From positions 448,001 to 512,000 of the forward strand of contig CAVYTU010000015.1 in NCBI GenBank assembly GCA_963771465.1: DNA of 64,000 nt, read 5' to 3'. Source of the stretch: an uncultured delta proteobacterium (GTDB lineage Bacteria; Desulfobacterota; Binatia; UBA9968). Of the stretch, positions 1-9,843 are shown in pieces; position 1 is the stretch's first letter; every line of letters starts with the position of its first letter. A model generated the notes under the pieces. It was not told the origin of the DNA and ran no database searches. It worked only from the letters and a program-made list of their open reading frames with translations. Both the position numbers and the translations under genes were made by a program.

Positions 1-2132
1 CCGGCATCGATTTTCGAGAGATCGAGAAAATCGCTGACATGATGAATTAAGTTGTGGCAGTTGGCATGAATCTTTGACAGCCATTTTTGTTGCAGCTCGG
101 TCACCGGTCCGAATAAGCCGTCGCGCAACGATTCACCGATGGAAATAACGCTCGCCAGCGGCGAGCGCACGTCATGAACAACCATAGCGGTAAAATCCGC
201 TAAGGCCCGCTCCGCCCGTTTGCGCTCGTCGATCTCCCGGCGTAGTTCGCCATTGGCCTGCACGGTTGCGCCATAAAGCCGGCTATTCTCGATCGCCAGC
301 CCGATTTGGCGCGAAAGCGCGTGAAGATACTGCGAGTCCTCGGCACTGAACGTTCGGACTTGGGCACCGAACAGTGTCAACGCAGCGTGATCTTGACTGC
401 CGCAGTCGAGCGGTAAGACGGTCATCGAACGGAGCGCGTCGGCATGGCCAGGCGAAGTGAATTCCGGCACCGCCGCCAAATTTTCCACGAACCAGGGGTT
501 GCGACACTGCGCAACGCACTGGCCGAAATCCTCGCCGAGCCATTGCCATAGCTGATCCAGTTCGGCCATCGATCGGGGCTCGGCGCTGGCAGCGAAAAAA
601 TGGCGACCCGCAACGGGTTGCGAAAAATGCACGAAGGCGTAGTTGAAGCCGCCGACGGACACAAGGCGTTCTAATGCGCGCGGCAGGATTTCGTCCATGG
701 AGAGCGTACCGGCCAAATCTTGCGCTACGAGATGAAGTGTTTCTAAGCGAACGGCGTGCGCTTGCAACTGGTCTTCACCCGTACGCAACAGCGTGATGTC
801 TCTGGCAATGGTCGACGCGCCGACCACACAACCATAAGCGTCATGGATCGGCGACAAGGAGGCTGAAACATAGAGGCGTCGGCCATCCTTGCGTACGCGT
901 TCCGTTTCATATCGGTTGAGTCCGTTGCCGAGCTTGACGATCTCGAGCAGTTCGGGAATCTCGCTTTGCCGATCCGGCAGACTCAACAGTTCCAGCGACC
1001 GGCCTTTGACCTCATCAGCTTGGTAACCGAACATGGTCTCGGCGCCGTCGTTCCAACTGGTGATGATTCCATCCAGCGACATACCGATGATCGCGTCCTC
1101 CGACGATTGCACGATGGCGGCGAGCTGGCCGCGCGCCTCTTCCGCTTCGGCGCGTAACCTAACAAAACCGATGACCGACTGAGTGCCAATTAACCAAGCG
1201 ATAATTGTGGCTGACAGCGCGACAAAAAGTACTAGTAGCAAATTACGCGCTAAGCGCTGATGGATCTCGCCAAACGCGACGTCCTTCGGCACGCCGACCA
1301 TCACGTAGATATGTCCGAACGCGTTTGGCAGCGAGAGCGGTTTGAAAGCATAGAAGCGTTCCACGCCGTCGAGTCCAACCAAATCCTTCGCCGTTTGACT
1401 GCGCAATTGCAACATTTCAAACAGCGCCGCATCGGGAAAATGCTTGCCGCGCCATTTTTCCGGTTCGGGAAAACGCGCCAACACCGTACCTTTGCTATCG
1501 AGAATTGAGAGCGCGACTCCTGGCTGGAGTTTATTGTCCTGGGCCAACTGGCTTATCCATTGCACGTCCAACGCGGCCAAGATCACCGACTCAACTCGCC
1601 CTTCGGGGTCTACCATCGGATACGCGAAGTTGAGACTCTTGCGGTTCAGTTTTTGATGTTCTTGATAGTCACCGATGGCAAAAGTCTGCGACTCCAAGGC
1701 GGCATTAAAGTAGTTTTTCTTCCTTAGGTTCAAATCGGTTTCAGCGCTATCGTTTAAGCGGCAAATGACATCACCGTTAGTGTCGGCGACGCCCAGATCG
1801 ACATACATATTGTTGTGTGCCGCGACCTGCTTGAGAAAAACCCGGCAGCGCGTGGCGTCGCCGTCGATGAGCTCAACTGTATCCGCCAGCAAGGTTAAAA
1901 CCTGTTTTGCCGCATCGATGAAACGGGCCTCGCGGATAGCAACGTTTTCCACCGTTGTCCAAGCGTCTTCGAGAACCTCGCCGACCTGGACGTCGCGCGC
2001 CAACCTGGCTTGATAAAGAAGCATGCAGAAGATAGGCAAGACCGCCAGCAAGATCATAATCAGCAAGCGGCGGCGCAGTTGAAGTAGAAACGAGCCGGTT
2101 GTAATAAATTTAAATTTATCGGGTTTTCGCAT
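1..2132 (-). CDS. Membrane sensor histidine kinase (TM-Cache-TM-PAS-GAF-HisKA), runs off the left edge
   Basis: Manual translation, not in the ORF track: MRKPDKFKFITTGSFLLQLRRRLLIMILLAVLPIF...; PAS 'IVQSSEDAIIGMSLDGIITSWNDGAETMFG'; GAF end 'QIGLAIENSRLY'; H-box 'FTAMVVHDVRSPL'; 'FLDLSKIDAG'. Confidence 0.9.
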   Translation of the reverse strand, partial: MRKPDKFKFITTGSFLLQLRRRLLIMILLAVLPIFCMLLYQARLARDVQVGEVLEDAWTTVENVAIREARFIDAAKQVLTLLADTVELIDGDATRCRVFLKQVAAHNNMYVDLGVADTNGDVICRLNDSAETDLNLRKKNYFNAALESQTFAIGDYQEHQKLNRKSLNFAYPMVDPEGRVESVILAALDVQWISQLAQDNKLQPGVALSILDSKGTVLARFPEPEKWRGKHFPDAALFEMLQLRSQTAKDLVGLDGVERFYAFKPLSLPNAFGHIYVMVGVPKDVAFGEIHQRLARNLLLVLFVALSATIIAWLIGTQSVIGFVRLRAEAEEARGQLAAIVQSSEDAIIGMSLDGIITSWNDGAETMFGYQADEVKGRSLELLSLPDRQSEIPELLEIVKLGNGLNRYETERVRKDGRRLYVSASLSPIHDAYGCVVGASTIARDITLLRTGEDQLQAHAVRLETLHLVAQDLAGTLSMDEILPRALERLVSVGGFNYAFVHFSQPVAGRHFFAASAEPRSMAELDQLWQWLGEDFGQCVAQCRNPWFVENLAAVPEFTSPGHADALRSMTVLPLDCGSQDHAALTLFGAQVRTFSAEDSQYLHALSRQIGLAIENSRLYGATVQANGELRREIDERKRAERALADFTAMVVHDVRSPLASVISIGESLRDGLFGPVTELQQKWLSKIHANCHNLIHHVSDFLDLSKIDA

Positions 2133-2211
2133 TGCTAATCGATGCTGGCGAAACCTTCGTCTAACGAAATCGCCGCATTGCCCAGTTGCGGCGACAATAG
2201 GACTAGCATCC

Positions 2212-2430
2212 TCATTCGGTCTGGCTGGGCTTCACTTGGATTGCCTGTGCGCCGCGGCGCTCGATCCATTCAATTAGCAGGGTTTCACGCAAGCGCCATT
2301 GGCCGCCGACTTTGCGCGCCGGCAGATCGTGGTTACGAATCATGCGCTGTAACGTTCGCGTCGAGACATGCAGCACACTCGCCGCCTCTGCTAGAGTTAG
2401 CAATCGAATCTGATTAAGGCTCGGATCCAT
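2212..2430 (-). CDS. Small excisionase-like (HTH_17/MerR-type) DNA-binding protein
   Basis: LLTLAEAASVLHVSTRTLQRMIRNHDLPARKVGGQWRL; start set at ATG 2430. Confidence 0.85.
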   Translation of the reverse strand: MDPSLNQIRLLTLAEAASVLHVSTRTLQRMIRNHDLPARKVGGQWRLRETLLIEWIERRGAQAIQVKPSQTE

Positions 2431-2919
2431 GATTAGGGGTCGCTCCGACAAGTTGCCTTCCGCAATGCCGATGCCAACCCAGACGAATAGGTAAGTATTC
2501 GATTTAGCTGGGAATGCGATGATGCGTAAAGGATACCGTAAGTACAAAATTGGACAGATCGAGACGACGCAGGCGTTATCGGAGTGCCACTCAGAACCAC
2601 GACTGCGTGCTGAAAAGTAAATATCAGGCGCGTGCAGGAGAAGTTGGCAGACGAGAGCGGATGTCGCAGTTGAAGTGGCGGCGTTGGCCAGGTATGCCGC
2701 GAGCGTGGAATAGTGTAGACATCCGGTGCTTTGGCAAACTCATTTTGCGTGGATGGCAAACGGTTCCAATGTCTACGTGGAAATGCCTGTGCGACGCTGT
2801 CGCTTGGCCGCGCAGCGCCAGAAAACGATTGACTCCACTACCGGAGGATCGCGCTGCGCTGATTCAAATTCAGCCGCGCAATCCGGGATGAAGTCGGCTC
2901 GGATCAGAAAAACAATTTG

Positions 2920-4851
2920 CTATTGACGATAGAGAATCATGCCGGCCTGGGCGGTGTCGTAGCCGCCAAGTGCGCCAACCGCTTGTTTGAAGCTGGCGGC
3001 GGAAATAGTCTTGACCAGCTCTGCGCCGCGCGCCGAGTCGAAGAACGTGCGGCTTATGAGCAAATCGTATTCTTCGTTGGCGACCGGAATAAATTCTAAG
3101 CCTAAAGCGATGGCCGCCGCGCGCACCGCTAACCCTGCGTCGGCAAGTCCACTAGCGATGGCGACGCCGACAGCCATATGCGTGAACTCTTCGCGCTCAT
3201 ATCCGGCGATCGCCGCCGCATCGATGCGCAATTTTTTGAGCTGGTAGTCGAGCAACACGCGCGTGCCGGAGCCGGGTTGCCGATTGACGTAGCGAACGCC
3301 GTTGCGAGCGAGATCACGCAGACTTTGAATCGACTTGGGATTGCCGGCGGCGACAAGAATCCCCTGCTCCCGTTGGGCGACGTGAACCAGCACCACGGGA
3401 ATCATAGGCATCGTCCGCTGGATATCGGGAATATTGTAAGTGCCAGTTTCCGGATCAAGCAGATGCGTTCCCGCCATATGCGTTTCGCCGCGCTGCAGCG
3501 CGAGCAAGCCGCCGAGACTGCCGACGTTGGTCGCGGCGATCTTCAATTCTGGATGGCTGCGCCTAATTTGGTCTTCGAGCACGCCGATGGCGAGATCGTG
3601 GCTGCCGGTACAGAGAATCGTGTTCTCTATATCGGTGATCGGTCGGAGCAGTTCCACTTCAGCCTCATCGCCGGCGTTGAGTCCTTCGACGAGACTGGGA
3701 ATCCGCATCAGTCCGTCGGCATGAACCATCGTGGTGATCACGCCGGCGCCGCGCGCTAACGGGATCGCTACCACCTTCTCGCCGATTCGACCTAAAGTCA
3801 CCCGGATAAATTCTTCTAGGCCAAGATGAGAAGCAATTTTCTTCGGCACGACGGCGCGTACCGTCGGATAGGACAGCGCCCGAATGCTTAAAAACTTTTC
3901 TAAAGCCGGCCGGAGAATTTCCCGCGCGATGACAATCGCCGACACCGGATATCCCGGCACACCGAGCACCGGCTTGCTCGCGGCGTAACCCAGCACCGCG
4001 GGCTTGCCCGGCATGACGTCGATGCCGTGGGCGAGCAATTCGCCGGCATCCGCGACAACGTCGGCCGTCAGATCATGTTCGCCCGCCGACGAGCCGGCGA
4101 TGATCGTCACCAGATCGCACTCTGCGGCGGCCCGCAGTAGCGCGGCCTTGAGCAAATTTGCCTCGTCCTTCGCCCGCGGATATCTTACCGGCCTGCCGCC
4201 CCACTCAAGGACAAAGGCTGCGAGAACAGTGGAATTGAAATCGATCACCGCACCGGGCTTCGCTTCCTCACCAGGCTGAATCAGTTCGTCGCCGGTTGGA
4301 ATAATCCCAACTCTTGGTCGCGCTTTCACGCGCACGCTCGTATGGCCAGCCGCCTGCAATGCGCCAAGATCGTAAGGCCGCAAACGGTGCGCGCGCGGCA
4401 CTAACAGTTCAGTGGCCACGACATCCTCGCCGACCAAGCGCACATGATTCCACGGCGCGACGGATTCGAAAATCTCGATGGTTTGAGAATCGATCTGGTG
4501 CACTTTTTCGATCATGATGACTGCGTTAGCCCAACCGGGCAGCGCATTGCCGGTGTCGACGTATTTAAATGTGTCGGCGGCGGGCGAGTCGGAATCCGCC
4601 AAGCCGAGCTTTTTGCCGACAAATTCGGTGGCGCCAAAAGTATCCTCCGCGCGCACTGAGATGCCGTCCATGGCCGAGGCATGATAGTGCGGCGAGGAAA
4701 TCTTGGCGAAGACTGGCTCTGCGGTGATACGGTCAAGGGCGTCGTCGATGGCAATCTCCTCGGCGGCGAGACGCGACGGATCGACAACCGACAAAAATAA
4801 TTCGCGCGCTTCAGTGAGCGCAGTTTTTTTAAGATAACGTTTGCGTGCCAT
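2920..4851 (-). CDS. moeA: Molybdopterin molybdotransferase MoeA fused to a C-terminal PBP-like domain
   Basis: SAMDG, PTGDEL, MPGKP and VPGYPVSA motifs; C-terminal 'GSHD...GSLGGL...NRQPGSGTR...EFTHMAV' PBP_like domain. Confidence 0.93.
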   Translation of the reverse strand: MARKRYLKKTALTEARELFLSVVDPSRLAAEEIAIDDALDRITAEPVFAKISSPHYHASAMDGISVRAEDTFGATEFVGKKLGLADSDSPAADTFKYVDTGNALPGWANAVIMIEKVHQIDSQTIEIFESVAPWNHVRLVGEDVVATELLVPRAHRLRPYDLGALQAAGHTSVRVKARPRVGIIPTGDELIQPGEEAKPGAVIDFNSTVLAAFVLEWGGRPVRYPRAKDEANLLKAALLRAAAECDLVTIIAGSSAGEHDLTADVVADAGELLAHGIDVMPGKPAVLGYAASKPVLGVPGYPVSAIVIAREILRPALEKFLSIRALSYPTVRAVVPKKIASHLGLEEFIRVTLGRIGEKVVAIPLARGAGVITTMVHADGLMRIPSLVEGLNAGDEAEVELLRPITDIENTILCTGSHDLAIGVLEDQIRRSHPELKIAATNVGSLGGLLALQRGETHMAGTHLLDPETGTYNIPDIQRTMPMIPVVLVHVAQREQGILVAAGNPKSIQSLRDLARNGVRYVNRQPGSGTRVLLDYQLKKLRIDAAAIAGYEREEFTHMAVGVAIASGLADAGLAVRAAAIALGLEFIPVANEEYDLLISRTFFDSARGAELVKTISAASFKQAVGALGGYDTAQAGMILYRQ

Positions 4852-4910
4852 GATGCTTGTACATACCAAATATTGGAGTTTTATGTCTGGCGTTCCGAAA
4901 CAACGCTAGA

Positions 4911-6149
4911 CTAGAACAAGATCACATCCACCTCTTCGCCCGGTTCCAACCCGTCCTGATTCATCTCGATACGCACCATGCCATCGGCCTTCACAAGTGT
5001 GAATATCGCGCCCGACTTGCTCGGCAATGGCGTCGCAATCAAACCGGCATCCTCAGTTTCCAAAGTCACGCGCACGTAATCTTCGCGCCCAAGCTGCGAC
5101 GCGATGTTGGTCTTCAAGCGCGCGCGCGCCGTTCGAGTAAAACGTTGCAACGCCGTTACGCTCTCGCCGCCCAAGCGCTTTAACAACGGCGCGCCGAACA
5201 GATCGAAGATGACGAGCGCGGAAACAGGGTAGCCGGGCAATCCAAGAATCGGCTTGCCGCACGCCTGGGCGAAGATCGTCGGCTTGCCCGGCGCAACCGA
5301 AATGCCGTGAAAAACAAATTTCGCATCCGGGAAGGATAAAATTGTTTCCAGCGCGATATCCTTGGCACCCATGGAGCTGCCGCCGGAGAGCAGCACAACA
5401 TCGGCCCACTCCAACGCTGCGCCAATCGCTTGAGTGAGTTGAGCGCGGTCGTCGCCGATCACGCCCCAGTCTTTAAGCTCGCCGCCGACCTCCTCGATCA
5501 AACCCGCCAGTGAATGTTGATTGATGTTGCGCACCTGTCCCGGCCGCGGTTCGGTTTCCGCATCGACGATTTCATCGCCGGTGGAAATCAGCGCGACGCG
5601 CGGTTTTTTATAAACCACGATTGCAGAGATACCGACGCCGGTGAGCGCGCCGAGATCATGGGCACGCAAGCGCCGGCCGCGCCGAAAAACCGGCTCGCCT
5701 TTTTTGATGTCGTCGCCGATCTGAATCACATTCTGCCACGGCGCGACACCGCGGTGGATTTCAACCAAGCCGCCGTCGGTTTCATCGGTGTACTCGACCA
5801 TTACCACCGCGTCTGCATCCGGTGGCATCATACCGCCGGTGGAGATACGGATGGCGTCGCCGGTGTTGAGCGTCTGGAGCGCTTCTTTGCCCATTTCCAC
5901 AACACCGGCGAGTTTCAAATAAGCGGGCAGACTTTGACTCGCGCCAAAGGTATCCTTCGCTTTCACCGCATAGCCGTCCATGGCGGCGCGATGGAAATGC
6001 GGCAGATCGACGGCTGAATGGAGATCTTCGGCCAGCACACGGCCGCGCGCCCGTATCGAGGGAACTCTCTCGGTCCCCACCGGTTCCACCGCCAGCAGCG
6101 AACGCAACGCTTCCTGTGGCGCCAATACTTTGAAGAATGTCTGTGCCAT
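4911..6149 (-). CDS. moeA: Molybdopterin molybdotransferase MoeA (gephyrin-like)
   Basis: RAAMDGYAV, ISTGDEI, SGGSSMG, APGKPT, GLPGYPVSA motifs. Confidence 0.95.
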   Translation of the reverse strand: MAQTFFKVLAPQEALRSLLAVEPVGTERVPSIRARGRVLAEDLHSAVDLPHFHRAAMDGYAVKAKDTFGASQSLPAYLKLAGVVEMGKEALQTLNTGDAIRISTGGMMPPDADAVVMVEYTDETDGGLVEIHRGVAPWQNVIQIGDDIKKGEPVFRRGRRLRAHDLGALTGVGISAIVVYKKPRVALISTGDEIVDAETEPRPGQVRNINQHSLAGLIEEVGGELKDWGVIGDDRAQLTQAIGAALEWADVVLLSGGSSMGAKDIALETILSFPDAKFVFHGISVAPGKPTIFAQACGKPILGLPGYPVSALVIFDLFGAPLLKRLGGESVTALQRFTRTARARLKTNIASQLGREDYVRVTLETEDAGLIATPLPSKSGAIFTLVKADGMVRIEMNQDGLEPGEEVDVILF

Positions 6150-6227
6150 CTCGTGCGGATCATAAGCAGAAGAATTTCCCGGAATCAATCGCGCAACTGA
6201 GCGCGCTACCAACCGAGCGCGATACGC

Positions 6228-6256
6228 TTGACAGATTTACCGCTTAGGAAGAGAAT
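6228..6256 (+). promoter_or_regulatory. Putative sigma70 promoter for the VOC/SBP/AOR operon
   Basis: TTGACA-N17-GAGAAT, 33 nt upstream of ATG 6290. Confidence 0.55.
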
Positions 6257-6289
6257 CACGCCCGCAAACCTAGAGAGAGGAGTGTCACA

Positions 6290-6724
6290 ATGAAATTACA
6301 GAAAGTTTATCACATGGGTATCCCAGTCGATAATTTGGATCGCGCCAAGGCATTCTACACCGAGGTTCTCGGCATGGATTACCTCGGGCGTGTTGGCGGC
6401 AATCCGAACAATCCCGATTCATTTCCAGTGCACGGCGTGGCGCAGAAGCTCGACCGCTATCGCTGCGGCGACGATGACGTCGTGCTGTTCGAACGGCCGC
6501 GCGCAATCGATCGCGACGCCATCGATCAGGACGGTATCTTCCATCAAGCCTTCAGCATGAACTGGGACGACTACGAAGACGCGCTAAAAACGGCCCAAGA
6601 CCTCGGCAGGTTTCACCGCAAGGTCGAACGCGACAGTGGCAACACCATTTATATGTTCGACACGGAAGGCAATTACTTAGAACTCCACTTCGCCCGTCCC
6701 GGCGGCCGGCGCCAGCGACAATAA
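6290..6724 (+). CDS. VOC/glyoxalase-family protein
   Basis: HMGIPVDNLDRAKAFYTEVLG...HQAF...IYMFDTEGNYLEL (His/His/Glu metal ligands). Confidence 0.88.
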   Translation: MKLQKVYHMGIPVDNLDRAKAFYTEVLGMDYLGRVGGNPNNPDSFPVHGVAQKLDRYRCGDDDVVLFERPRAIDRDAIDQDGIFHQAFSMNWDDYEDALKTAQDLGRFHRKVERDSGNTIYMFDTEGNYLELHFARPGGRRQRQ

Positions 6725-6754
6725 GAATTCAAACTCCACGGTGAAATAACGACT

Positions 6755-7705
6755 ATGAACCAACCGATCAAGCTCTCCATTGCAGCGACATCGAAGCGGG
6801 TCGACATCGCCAACATCGTCGGCTTCACGTTTTTCAATCATGCGGAATTGCCGCGCCAATCCCAGCTCGATATCGCCATGGGCTGGCGCGATTCCGAATT
6901 GGGCGGTACCGGCCCGGCCATTCTCGTGGGCAGAAAGCAATACTCTTTCGGTTTCGGCAATCCGGTCGGTCTCGCGGCGATGGCCTATCTCGGCCGCGGC
7001 TTTTATAAAAAGAAAATTCCCTTGCGCGCCATCGGCGTCTTTCCCACTTGGGATCGACTGATTTTCGCCGTGCGCAGAGACATCGGCATACAATCGCTCG
7101 AAGACATAAGAAAGCAGAAATATCCCTTGCGCATCTCGACCCGCCGACGCGGCAAACTGGCCACCACCATCTACGCCATCGAAGAAGTGCTCAAGGCTTA
7201 CGGCATGAGCTACCGCGACATTGAGAAATGGGGCGGCAAGATCATCGAAGCGCCCAATCCCAGCGGCCCGGAACGGCGCGACGCGATTTTATCCGGCAAA
7301 GCCGACGCGGTGTTCGACGAAGGCGTGAAAAGCTGGGGACCGACGGCATTGAAGGCCGGCATGCGCTTCTTGCCGATCAACGACGCCGCGGCAAAGCATA
7401 TGGCGCAGCTCGGATTTCCCAGTGCCATGCTAACACGCACGCACTACGCGAATTTGGCACAAGACATTCGTTGTGTCGACTTCAGCGGCTGGACGTTTTT
7501 CTGCCATGCCGATTTACCCAACGCCATCGCTTACAACATGGCCCAATCCGTCGACCTTTGCCACAAACATATCCCCGTCGATCATTTCGACAAACGGCCA
7601 ATGACGATCCGCGAATTCTGTCGCGGCGGCGAAGCCGGACAGTTAAATATTCCTCTCCATCCGGGCGCTAAGAAATATTTTCGTGATAAGGGATATATCA
7701 AGTAG
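6755..7705 (+). CDS. TAXI-family (TRAP) solute-receptor-like protein, no evident signal peptide
   Basis: 'GIQSLEDI', 'GMRFLPI', C-terminal 'IPLHPGAKKYFRDKGY' TAXI signature. Confidence 0.8.
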   Translation: MNQPIKLSIAATSKRVDIANIVGFTFFNHAELPRQSQLDIAMGWRDSELGGTGPAILVGRKQYSFGFGNPVGLAAMAYLGRGFYKKKIPLRAIGVFPTWDRLIFAVRRDIGIQSLEDIRKQKYPLRISTRRRGKLATTIYAIEEVLKAYGMSYRDIEKWGGKIIEAPNPSGPERRDAILSGKADAVFDEGVKSWGPTALKAGMRFLPINDAAAKHMAQLGFPSAMLTRTHYANLAQDIRCVDFSGWTFFCHADLPNAIAYNMAQSVDLCHKHIPVDHFDKRPMTIREFCRGGEAGQLNIPLHPGAKKYFRDKGYIK

Positions 7706-7706
7706 G

Positions 7707-8693
7707 ATGTCCGGAGAGCTTCGACGATTCGCCCTGGCCGCTTTCCTAGCAATTTTCTCGATTGGCCAGCCGATCGCAGCCGGCGCTGAACTGTTCCGCG
7801 TCGCGCTCTCGACCAAAGACTTCGGCTATCTGCCGCTGTTCGTCGGCATGCGCGCCGGTCTTTTTGCCCAGGAAAACTTGGAAATTCAATGGATCGTAGT
7901 GAATAGCAACGTCGTCGTCACGGCGCTTCTCGCCGGGGAAATCGACGTTGCTGGCATCGCTGGTTCTTCCATGCGCGCGGCGGCGCGCGGCGCGCCGTTG
8001 AAAGCGAATTTTTTTCCCTACGATAAATCGCTGTTCGTTTTGATGGGCGCGCCTAACATCAAGCGCGTGCAAGACTTGAAAGGCAAGGTGATCGGCACCA
8101 CCGGGCCGGGCGCCACTACCGAAGTCGCCGCGTCCATGGTCTTACAACATCACGGCATGGACCCTAAAAAAGACGTCACGTTCATGACCATTGGCGGCGC
8201 GGAGACTTCCATCGTCGCTATGCGTAACGGCATCATCCACGCCCGCGCGTTCAATCCCGACGCGGCATACATCATGAAAAAACAAGGCTTCACCGAGCTC
8301 GGCGTTCTCGCCGACATGGGTCCTTGGCCTTGGGCCGGCTACTCGACCAGCGACGCGCATCTAGCGAACCGGCGCGACAAGCTCAAACGCTGGACTCGCG
8401 CCATGGTAAAAAGCCTGCAACTCATGCTCACGCGCAAAGAGGAGACTTATAAATTCGCCCAGGCCGATTTCACCCACCCGCGCGACGTCATCGAAGGCGC
8501 GGCAAACGTCTGCATCAAAGCCATCGACCCGAAAAATCCCGGCGGCGCCACCGACGACGCCATGCGCAAAAATATCGATCTGACGATCACCCAGCCGCTC
8601 AAGCTTCCCGCGAGTCCGCCGTTGGCGCAACTGGTCGACTTTTCCTTGCTGCGGGAAATTCACACCGAGCTGTCGATTGCGGGACGAAAATAA
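7707..8693 (+). CDS. NMT1/THI5/SsuA-like ABC substrate-binding protein
   Basis: Signal peptide; 'GLFAQENLEIQ', 'ALLAGEID', 'DLKGKVIG'. Confidence 0.88.
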   Translation: MSGELRRFALAAFLAIFSIGQPIAAGAELFRVALSTKDFGYLPLFVGMRAGLFAQENLEIQWIVVNSNVVVTALLAGEIDVAGIAGSSMRAAARGAPLKANFFPYDKSLFVLMGAPNIKRVQDLKGKVIGTTGPGATTEVAASMVLQHHGMDPKKDVTFMTIGGAETSIVAMRNGIIHARAFNPDAAYIMKKQGFTELGVLADMGPWPWAGYSTSDAHLANRRDKLKRWTRAMVKSLQLMLTRKEETYKFAQADFTHPRDVIEGAANVCIKAIDPKNPGGATDDAMRKNIDLTITQPLKLPASPPLAQLVDFSLLREIHTELSIAGRK

Positions 8694-8745
8694 TGCGGCA
8701 ATTCATCATCTCCATCGACACGGCGGCGTGAAGCGGCTAGGAGTA

Positions 8746-8817
8746 ATTCCAGATTACAAATTCCAAATTGCAGATTCAAAAAGCGGTCGGCCCATTTTGG
8801 AATTTGTAATTTGGAAT
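8746..8817. repeat. AT-rich inverted repeat built from 7-nt units
   Basis: ATTCCAGATTACAAATTCCAAA (8746-8767) pairs with TTTGGAATTTGTAATTTGGAAT (8796-8817), one G-T mismatch. Confidence 0.8.
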
Positions 8818-8832
8818 CCTTAAATTGAAATA

Positions 8833-9828
8833 ATGAAAGGAAACTTCATGACAATTAAACCGCGCATCACACTTGGCCTCCCCGATCACCCGCGCTGTCA
8901 AGCGATCATCGACGGCACAGTCGGCATCGACGGCTATGAGCTCGCCGTCGATCCACACTTCGTCTCTTCCGGCGAGCGTCATTACAAATATCTCCACGGC
9001 GAGTGGGACGTCGGCGAAGTCTCAGCGGCGAGCTTGCTGCGCGCCATCGAGAAAGGTCAGCCATTGGTCGCCATTCCGGTTTTTTTCGAGCGCGGCCCGC
9101 GCCAGCGCAATATTTATCACTGTGAAAAACATCTGACGCATCCATCGGAGCTCAAAGGCAAAAAGTTCGGCTGCTTCCGCTACGGCGCCACTGCCGTGGT
9201 TTGGGCGCGCGGTTATTTGCTCGACGCCCACGGCATCAAGACCACTGACATGCAATGGTTCGTTTCCGGCCGCGAAGTCTTCATCGGCCACGAGCTGCCG
9301 GTCAAAGTGCAGCGCATCGATCCGCCGCCGCCCTTCGGCGGCGAGAAGCTCGTGCTGTCGAAAATGCTCAGCGAGGCAGAATTGCACGGCGCAGTCGTTC
9401 CGGGCGATAACGGCTACACCGGTTTTTTCGGCGGCGGCGAAACCCCGCCGATGATGGCCGCCTATCCGGGCGTGAAGCCGCTCTTCGCAGACAATCAAGA
9501 AATCGTCGACTACGTGAAGAAAACCGGCATCAACCCGATCATGCACGTGCTATCGATCCGCAAAGAAGTCGTCGAGCGCCATCCCGACTTGCCAGCAAAG
9601 CTCACTCGCGCTTTCATGGAAGCGCGCGATGTCGCGACCCGGTACATGCCGGCGGAAGAGATCGCCGGCTACCAAAAAGAACGGGACGTGCTCGGCGAAG
9701 ATCCTTACGACTATGTGATGGGTGAGAACGAAAAGCGCACGCTGGCGGCGATGAACCGTTACCAGATCGAGCAAGGCTTGATGAAAACCACGCTGCCGAT
9801 GGACGATTTGTTCATTGGCCATGTGTGA
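8833..9828 (+). CDS. 4,5-dihydroxyphthalate-decarboxylase-like PBP-fold protein (cytoplasmic)
   Basis: 'AIIDGTVGIDG', 'WDVGEVS', 'TAVVWARG', 'PIMHVLSIR', 'EDPYDY'; no signal peptide. Confidence 0.75.
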   Translation: MKGNFMTIKPRITLGLPDHPRCQAIIDGTVGIDGYELAVDPHFVSSGERHYKYLHGEWDVGEVSAASLLRAIEKGQPLVAIPVFFERGPRQRNIYHCEKHLTHPSELKGKKFGCFRYGATAVVWARGYLLDAHGIKTTDMQWFVSGREVFIGHELPVKVQRIDPPPPFGGEKLVLSKMLSEAELHGAVVPGDNGYTGFFGGGETPPMMAAYPGVKPLFADNQEIVDYVKKTGINPIMHVLSIRKEVVERHPDLPAKLTRAFMEARDVATRYMPAEEIAGYQKERDVLGEDPYDYVMGENEKRTLAAMNRYQIEQGLMKTTLPMDDLFIGHV

Positions 9829-9843
9829 GCCGCGAGGAAATCT

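Noticed and set aside
2431-2919. Short ORFs or ncRNA between the HTH gene and moeA
   Set aside because: No protein motif, clear RBS or recognisable RNA structure
6150-6290. Moco/Wco riboswitch upstream of moeA
   Set aside because: The short divergent intergenic region is explained by a promoter and RBS; no multi-stem motif seen
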